Below, piece by piece: positions 17,432 through 23,677 of a stretch of DNA of 41,172 bases (the first letter of the stretch is position 1; each line of letters starts with the position of its first letter). The position numbers and the translations under genes are program-made. The stretch comes from a candidate division WWE3 bacterium CG23_combo_of_CG06-09_8_20_14_all_40_14 (lineage in GTDB: Bacteria; Patescibacteriota; WWE3; CG2-30-40-12), in NCBI GenBank assembly GCA_002770755.1, contig PCQY01000031.1, positions 1 through 41,172 on the forward strand, read 5' to 3'. The notes beneath the pieces were generated by a model. That model was not told the origin of the DNA. It saw only the letters and a program-made list of their open reading frames with translations, and searched no databases.

Positions 17432-17847
17432 CCAAAGGGCTTTTGAAAAAGATGGAGCTTGAAGGTGCCGTTTCTGTTTCCGATTCCGAGGATCAGTTTT
17501 TTGTGGAAATAACGGGCAAAGATTTGGGCATTTTAATTGGCTATCATGGAGAAACTTTAAACGCGTTTCAACTAATTTTGAATATGAGTGTTTATAGAAA
17601 GTTGGGCAAGTGGATTAGAATTTTGGTGGATGTAGGAGATTACCGAAAAGAGAGGGGGGTCGCCTTGCGAAAAATAGCTGAGAGCGCGGCGCAGAAAGCG
17701 CGCTTTTTGCAAAAGAATGTGGAATTAAACCCAATGGCGCCTTATGAGAGAATGCTCATCCATACCGCTGTTTCTGAAATGGAAGGGGTTAAATCTGAAA
17801 GTGTGGGGGATAGCAGAAATCGCCGGGTGGTAATAAGCCCAGCTTAA
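17398..17847 (+). CDS. jag: Jag-like KH/R3H RNA-binding protein
   Basis: KH-like segment (GKDLGILIGYHGETLNAFQ) and R3H motif (ERMLIHTAV). The start is taken at ATG 17398 (MDTEQK). Conserved position after yidC. Confidence 0.8.
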   Translation: MDTEQKTIEKLTKGLLKKMELEGAVSVSDSEDQFFVEITGKDLGILIGYHGETLNAFQLILNMSVYRKLGKWIRILVDVGDYRKERGVALRKIAESAAQKARFLQKNVELNPMAPYERMLIHTAVSEMEGVKSESVGDSRNRRVVISPA

Positions 17848-17853
17848 AAAATT

Positions 17854-18969
17854 ATGAAATTTACCGTACTTCAAGCCGAATTGTTAAAAGGAATAAATGT
17901 CGTTAGTAAAGCGGTATCCTTTAGGGGGTCCCTGCCTATTTTGGGAAACATCCTACTGCAAAGCGATTCCGGCAGGCTTAAACTTTGCGCAACGGATTTG
18001 GATAAAAGCATTACCACTTGGGTAAGTGGAAAAATGGATAAGGAGGGGGCAATTACTGTTCCGGCAAGGATTTTGGCGGAGTTTGTTTCTAATCTCCCCC
18101 CGGGGCAGGTGGCGGGTGTTGTTGAAAATACAGAATTAACATTAAGCTCCCAAAAAGCCAGCGCGGTTTTTAACGGGGCGGATGCGGAAGAATTTCCTCT
18201 CCCGCAGAATTTGTCAAAAGGGGATTTTAGTTTTACCCTTAAGTCAAAAGATTTCCTAGTAGCTTTGTCAGAGGTTTATTTTGCCGCCGCTATGGACGAA
18301 TCCCGCCCTGTTTTAACGGGTGTGTATATGCATAAAAAGGCAAAAGAACTGACCCTTGCTGCGGTTGATGGTTTTAGATTATCTGAGAGAATTTTAAAAA
18401 CGGAGAAAAGTGAAAAATCGGAGTTGCCAAAGGATATCGTCCTTCCCGCAAGAACTTTGCTTGAGCTTGCCCGTCTTGCCCAAAATGCGGGGGATACGGT
18501 TAACATAGCCGTTTTGGAAACGGAAAATTTGGCAATTCTTGAGAGTGGGGACATGCTTGCCACCACAAGAATTTTGGAGGGAGATTTTCCCGATTATAAG
18601 AAAATAATTCCATCTGGAAGCAAAACCGCCATAGAGGTTTCGTTTGAAGAATTTTTTAATGCCGTTAGAATAGCCAATGTGTTTGCCAAGGACGCTTCAA
18701 ATGTTGTTAAAATTGTTATAAAACCGAAGGAAGGACTATTTGTTTTAGGCGAAGCGTTGGAAATAGGCCGTGATAAAACTTTTGTGCCAGCTAAAATAAC
18801 CGGCGAGGAAATGGAAATACTTTTTGACGGGAAATTTTTAAACGACTTTTTAAGCAATGTTAAATGCGAGAACCTTTTAATTGAAACAGAAGGGGCAGTG
18901 AACCCGGCAGTGTTTAAACTCAAAGAGAGAAATGATTATTTGCATATTATAATGCCCCGCCGGCCCTAG
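17854..18969 (+). CDS. dnaN: DNA polymerase III beta sliding clamp
   Basis: 371 aa. Typical clamp pattern (LPILGNILL, LKLCATDLD, RPVLTGV, AVDGFRLS, EGDFPDYKKIIP, MPRR). Confidence 0.92.
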   Translation: MKFTVLQAELLKGINVVSKAVSFRGSLPILGNILLQSDSGRLKLCATDLDKSITTWVSGKMDKEGAITVPARILAEFVSNLPPGQVAGVVENTELTLSSQKASAVFNGADAEEFPLPQNLSKGDFSFTLKSKDFLVALSEVYFAAAMDESRPVLTGVYMHKKAKELTLAAVDGFRLSERILKTEKSEKSELPKDIVLPARTLLELARLAQNAGDTVNIAVLETENLAILESGDMLATTRILEGDFPDYKKIIPSGSKTAIEVSFEEFFNAVRIANVFAKDASNVVKIVIKPKEGLFVLGEALEIGRDKTFVPAKITGEEMEILFDGKFLNDFLSNVKCENLLIETEGAVNPAVFKLKERNDYLHIIMPRRP

Positions 18970-19036
18970 TCTTGGGTAATCTCACCCAGTTGGTATTGGC
19001 TTAAGAGCCAACATCAAGTAACTCTGAAGCAGAAAT

Positions 19037-20953
19037 TTATTGGATGCTTGAGATAACTGGCGGTACAGCCGTTTGAGGAGGATTTTTATCCGGCTCTTTT
19101 AGAGGTGAGCTGGATGTCTCTCTTGTCTGTGACGGTTTTAGGGATGCTTGTGGTTGCGAAGATTTTAATTCGCCCTCAAAAATTTTTTCCTCCTCTCTCA
19201 TCTGCGCAACTTCTTTCGGGTTTGTAGTTATAACTTTATGCTCCTCCTCCGATGCTATAATCTGCATTGCCACATGGTTATTCCCTGCAAAAAACAACCC
19301 TTCGCCAATACCCGCCGAAAGAAGAAGTCTCTTTTCTCCCTCGCTTAAATAAAAAACCTGCGCCAAACGGTCAATTGAAGCAGGATGCTGTTTCAATAAC
19401 ACCTGCATAGAAGAGTTTGTTACAATAGTTTTGCCGTACTCGCTTGACAAAAAGTCGTCCACATCGTGTGTTATCGTAGTTAAACCTAAATAATATTTCC
19501 TTGCCCGTTTAGCTATGGAGTACAAAAAGTTTGCCGAGTCTTCATTTTGCATAAGGTACCACGCCTCATCCACCACCAAAATACGCTTCTTTAAGTTATA
19601 TTTAATCCTTGTCCAAATGAAATCCAAAATAATGTATATGGCCACCGGTCTTAAAACATCTTCAAGCTCCCGCACCGAAAAAGCGGTGAAAGAATTTTCA
19701 ATGCTTACTGTGGAGCGCTGGTCAAAAATGCCCATCAAGGAGCCTTTAATATATCTTTCTAACCGTTCGGATAGATTTTTTGCTTCCGGCTCTTCCATAC
19801 CCAAAAGCACTTTATACAAATCTTCTAGAATAGGAGGCTCTCTCTTGTGCGTTTGAGGGTCCTGCGTAATACCCTTTATTTTGTAAGTCATCATCAGGGC
19901 TCTATCCAAAATTGCCTCTTCCGTATCACTAATACTGCCAAGCATTATTTTAAAGAGGGTGTGCAAGGTGAGTATTTTTAGGCCGAGCTGATTTTCCTTG
20001 TCCTCTCCGGAATACGGAGGCAGGTCAAAGGGGTTAATCTTTGCCTCGCTCCCTACGGAAAAGCTTATATAATCTCCGCCCAAAATTTTGGAAAGTCTTT
20101 CATATTCAGATTCAGGGTCTATTACAATTATATCCGTCCCAAATAAAATGGAACGCATGGCCTCTAACTTAACAAAATAACTCTTGCCGGCGCCGCTTTT
20201 GGCAAAAATAACCGAATTGGCGTTTTCTAAAGTAAATCTGTCAAATATAACTAGTGAACCATTATGCTTATTCACGCCATATAAAATACCCTCATTGGCG
20301 GTAAGTTCACTTGAAGTAAAAGGAAAAGTGGTGGCGACGCTGGTGGTGTCCATATTTCTGGTTATCAGGAGCTTATCAATACAAGAGGGGATAGTTGATT
20401 GAAAAGCGTCTTCCATTTGTAAAGTACATAATTTAGAGATAAGCATTAAAGAGCCTAATGTTGCTTCCACCTTTTTGGTTGTGCTGTTTAATTCCTCCAA
20501 AGAATCTGCCGGAACGGTTATGTAAAAAGAAAATTGGAAAAATCTTTCAATGCCTTTAACCAATTGTTCCTGCAAAGATTTGGCATCTTCTAAAGCCGCT
20601 TTAACGCCGGGATCCACAACCCTCCCTCTTTCGAAATCGGCATTTAGAGTCGCCTCCATCTCCGCAACTTTTCTTCTAAGGTCATCCAATACTCCCCTTG
20701 CTTCCACAGGGTAGTAAAACATAGACACCTCTAATGAATGGTCGTAGTTTATTATGGGGGCGAGCCAATTAGCGCCCACAAAACGGGGGTACCCCGAAAC
20801 AAACAGTGTTCTAAAATACTTTTCACCAATCTTAACGAAATTAAAATCCACCTCAATAGCGCTTGGGGCTATAATATCCTTTACATTAAGCATGCCCGCG
20901 GATAGGCGGTTATAGGCGTTAGAGGTAGTATTCTCTTTGCTTTTTTTGTTCAT
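19037..20953 (-). CDS. VirB4/TraC-family (DUF87-type) secretion ATPase, lacking the usual N-terminal segment
   Basis: 638 aa. KDIIAPSAIEVDF...GEKYFRTLFVSGYPRFV middle-domain pattern. Walker A KSGAGKSY. Walker B ILVVDEAW. S/P-rich C-terminal tail. Confidence 0.85.
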   Translation of the reverse strand: MNKKSKENTTSNAYNRLSAGMLNVKDIIAPSAIEVDFNFVKIGEKYFRTLFVSGYPRFVGANWLAPIINYDHSLEVSMFYYPVEARGVLDDLRRKVAEMEATLNADFERGRVVDPGVKAALEDAKSLQEQLVKGIERFFQFSFYITVPADSLEELNSTTKKVEATLGSLMLISKLCTLQMEDAFQSTIPSCIDKLLITRNMDTTSVATTFPFTSSELTANEGILYGVNKHNGSLVIFDRFTLENANSVIFAKSGAGKSYFVKLEAMRSILFGTDIIVIDPESEYERLSKILGGDYISFSVGSEAKINPFDLPPYSGEDKENQLGLKILTLHTLFKIMLGSISDTEEAILDRALMMTYKIKGITQDPQTHKREPPILEDLYKVLLGMEEPEAKNLSERLERYIKGSLMGIFDQRSTVSIENSFTAFSVRELEDVLRPVAIYIILDFIWTRIKYNLKKRILVVDEAWYLMQNEDSANFLYSIAKRARKYYLGLTTITHDVDDFLSSEYGKTIVTNSSMQVLLKQHPASIDRLAQVFYLSEGEKRLLLSAGIGEGLFFAGNNHVAMQIIASEEEHKVITTNPKEVAQMREEEKIFEGELKSSQPQASLKPSQTRETSSSPLKEPDKNPPQTAVPPVISSIQ

Positions 20954-21642
20954 TCCAGTTTTGGTTCAACTAAAGCTGTAGTGTAATCGGAAACAGTTTG
21001 TCTAATCTTCTGAAAACGGGCGCTCCCCGGATTGTATGTGTCATAAAAGAGATCCACCAAATCTTCTGTAAGCATCTGTTTTGCTTTGATATTCATTCTA
21101 GTAAACTCTTTGATAAGGTGGTCCCTCTTTGGTTCAAGCTGTACCTTTGCCGCTTTTAAGATTCCGTTTACATCCACATGAGTTTTTTTCTTGGTATCTA
21201 TTCCAATAAGCCCGTAAATCCAGGAGAATGGGGAACTTCCGGGGGTTGCAGTTTTAATATTATAGGGAATCGCCACATAAAAATTTTTGTCCAGCGCTTC
21301 GTTTTTGGTAACTAATTCTTCTACAAATTTTATGTATTTTTTGGTTTGCTCTTTTAATTTTTCATCCTGCTGAGCTTTTTCTGCTTTTCTTGTGTTTTCA
21401 ATGTATTTTGAGATATCCATTTTCTTGCTTCTTACCACAATTTGCATCGGAAAAGATAGAGAGTTTAGCATAGAGCTAAACGCCGCTATAGCGGCATCCT
21501 GTTCTCTGACGGATAAAAGGTCAAAATTAACCGAGGTTGTCTGCAAAACCATAGCCGCCCCGCCGTTTTTCAGAATGAGCAAGTTGTCTTTTATATCTTC
21601 TATATCTAAGTGGTCTTGTGTTGTGGCAAGTATTTTTGTCAT
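20950..21642 (-). CDS. Hypothetical protein resembling the detached N-terminal domain of Gram-positive VirB4 ATPases
   Basis: 230 aa. HLDIEDIKDNLLILKNGGAAMVLQTTSVNFDLLSVREQDAAIAAFSSMLNSLSFPMQIVV matches the remembered N-terminal pattern of Tn916 Orf16/PrgJ-type VirB4. ATGA overlaps at both ends. Confidence 0.5.
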   Translation of the reverse strand: MTKILATTQDHLDIEDIKDNLLILKNGGAAMVLQTTSVNFDLLSVREQDAAIAAFSSMLNSLSFPMQIVVRSKKMDISKYIENTRKAEKAQQDEKLKEQTKKYIKFVEELVTKNEALDKNFYVAIPYNIKTATPGSSPFSWIYGLIGIDTKKKTHVDVNGILKAAKVQLEPKRDHLIKEFTRMNIKAKQMLTEDLVDLFYDTYNPGSARFQKIRQTVSDYTTALVEPKLE

Positions 21643-23168
21643 TTGCGAACTGCCGAAAAGTCAAGCGCCTTTAACGGCTTACCTGTTAAAACTACATTAA
21701 TTATATCAAAATAATTCTCGCTGTTTAGCACTTCTATTTTATAAGTTCCGTTAGGCAGGGGTGTTGCGCTTATAAACTGTCCCAATTTATTGGTTTTTAG
21801 AGCTCTAATAGGTGAATCGTTATCATCTCTTATTATAAGGGTGGCATTTTCAAGTAAGAAACCCTCCTTATCTTTAACCATACCCCAAATAATATTGGGA
21901 TGGGCGTCTTCCTTATTCTCCTTCTGCGCCTTCTCTGAGGGGATTTCCTTGCGCTCCTTAACAACCGAACGGCTTAGGTTTCTAACTATCTCCTCGTTTT
22001 CGTTAGGGGGGTTTTCCTCCGTTTTTGAAGGCTCCTTTATTTGGATGGTTTCTTCTACCAAAACCTTTTTCTTCTCCAGCTCTTTTATTCTCTCGGCATA
22101 GGAAGAGAGCTGGGTCTTATAAGTTTCTTTGGTTTTGTCCAAACCTTGCATCTGCGCTTTCAAACTCTCCATTTCTGTGGATAGTTTTTTGTTTTCCTTT
22201 CTTAAAGTATTTACTATCTCCGTTAATTCTTTTTCTTTTGCCCGAGATTCTTCTTTATCGCCTAGTATAAGTTCGCTGGCGGGAAGAACAGCGCCCTCCG
22301 GAGAAAACTTTTCCTCGGCTTTTTTAAGAACTTTTCTAAGCTCCTGCGCCTTTCTTAAAAGCTCCTGCCTATGTTGATTATCCGACACAGGAGATGAGGG
22401 TTCCACATAAGTTATTGTTCTCAAAGGCCTTGTTCGCTTTGGTAGGATGATTTCCCCTTCCAGGGGTATGTGTTTTAATGTTCTTCCAACCGAAACATTG
22501 GTAACGGTTGAGATGTTTTTTAAATCTTCCTTTTTCCTAACCACGAGAATATCCTCCTTGAATTGCTCTTTTTTTGCCGGTTTCTCCTCTTTGGGGGGCT
22601 CCTCCAAGGAGACCGCAGTTTTGGCGGGAGCTGTTACAGTAGAAACGGAGCTTTTTAGAGTAGGAGGTACGGTCACATCAAAAGTAATCTTTTTTAGAAA
22701 ATCTTCCTCCCTTTTGTCCATAAAGGTTCCTGCTGGCGCGGGAAAACCCCCTAAATAATCCGTTATAGCTTTTCTGCTTTTGGCTGGAGCGAGCGCAACT
22801 ACCTCTTTTCTCAAAGAGTCGGCGTAATCCGCCAAAAAATACTCCCGTGACTCCAAGGCCTTTTGCCATACTCTCTGCGTGGGGGTGGAAATGCTTTTTA
22901 TAAAATTTTTAATCCACTGGTCTAATCCTCTGTCTCCAAGGGGCACAAAGGCAAGGGCTAAGCTTCCGAGCCCGCCGAAAACAATTAAAATGGCTTTCCA
23001 CAGAAAAGAGATTTTTGAAATTAATGCTAGATATACCGTTATCCCCCCAATTATTAAATACATAAACTGGCGGACAGTGAGGTCCCCTACAAGTTTAAAC
23101 TCAACACTCATAATGTTTTGGGGTACCGGGTGTTGACGATGCGCTGTTTGTTCCTCGTTCATTGGCAT
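21639..23168 (-). CDS. PrgI/VirB3-like membrane protein fused to an E/K-rich coiled coil and a carboxypeptidase-regulatory-like beta-sandwich
   Basis: 509 aa. N-terminus HPVPQNIMSVEFKLVGDLTVRQFMYL plus two TM helices, as in PrgI. About 250 aa of E/K-rich sequence follows. C-terminus GMVKDKEGFLLENATLIIRD...TNKLGQFISATPLPNGTYKIEV. Confidence 0.6.
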   Translation of the reverse strand: MPMNEEQTAHRQHPVPQNIMSVEFKLVGDLTVRQFMYLIIGGITVYLALISKISFLWKAILIVFGGLGSLALAFVPLGDRGLDQWIKNFIKSISTPTQRVWQKALESREYFLADYADSLRKEVVALAPAKSRKAITDYLGGFPAPAGTFMDKREEDFLKKITFDVTVPPTLKSSVSTVTAPAKTAVSLEEPPKEEKPAKKEQFKEDILVVRKKEDLKNISTVTNVSVGRTLKHIPLEGEIILPKRTRPLRTITYVEPSSPVSDNQHRQELLRKAQELRKVLKKAEEKFSPEGAVLPASELILGDKEESRAKEKELTEIVNTLRKENKKLSTEMESLKAQMQGLDKTKETYKTQLSSYAERIKELEKKKVLVEETIQIKEPSKTEENPPNENEEIVRNLSRSVVKERKEIPSEKAQKENKEDAHPNIIWGMVKDKEGFLLENATLIIRDDNDSPIRALKTNKLGQFISATPLPNGTYKIEVLNSENYFDIINVVLTGKPLKALDFSAVRK

Positions 23169-23181
23169 TATAACTATTTTA

Positions 23182-23568
23182 TCAGATGGCGCTGTGAGAT
23201 GGTAGGCGATTTCTCAACTCCGTTAGCAAATATACTACTACGATAAAAAGGCAGAAAACACTGGTATTTAATAGGCTATGTACAGAAAAAGTTTTCATCA
23301 CCTTAATGCCGATAAATAAAGCTATGAAAATAAAGATTCTTCTGAACATTCTTCTGAAAATTATATTTGGCATATTAAACTTTTTGTATTTTTTGTAGTT
23401 TGCCAAGAAAAGAGCTAGAGATGCGAAAAGAGATAAAAGTAAATGCAGACTGCCAAAAAACAATAAGATGGCAAGTGGCTTTTGAGGTGGTACAAAGAGC
23501 AGAATGTATAAAAAGAACAGGACATTTCCAAAAAAAAGTAAAAAGAGTGTGTACAAAAACTTTGGCAT
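23182..23568 (-). CDS. Small polytopic membrane protein (about 4 TM), first gene of the PrgI/VirB4 module
   Basis: 128 aa with four hydrophobic segments separated by basic loops. TAGAAT (23580-23575) lies 6 nt upstream of the ATG. Confidence 0.5.
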   Translation of the reverse strand: MPKFLYTLFLLFFGNVLFFLYILLFVPPQKPLAILLFFGSLHLLLSLFASLALFLANYKKYKKFNMPNIIFRRMFRRIFIFIALFIGIKVMKTFSVHSLLNTSVFCLFIVVVYLLTELRNRLPSHSAI

Positions 23569-23677
23569 ATCCTTATTCTACACCCTTTTAGGCAGGGTTA
23601 CATTTACATAGAAGTCCCGGATGTCAATGGTTTCAACTTTAGATTCCGGTGCTATCATAAAATGTTATACTTCACTT

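Noticed and set aside
21790-22758. Several 80-103-aa plus-strand ORFs inside the PrgI-fusion gene
   Set aside because: They are the antisense mirror of the E/K-rich coiled-coil codons (GAA/AAG read as TTC/CTT), which gives Ser/Phe/Leu-rich pseudo-proteins.
23621-23677. Upstream-extended starts given by the ORF track (also 11429, 15935, 17362, 29395, 30630, 37080)
   Set aside because: In each case the extension overlaps a -10 box or an SD, or adds non-homologous residues before a canonical N-terminus. Downstream starts at 23678, 11438, 15995, 17398, 29404, 30606 and 37119 are preferred.
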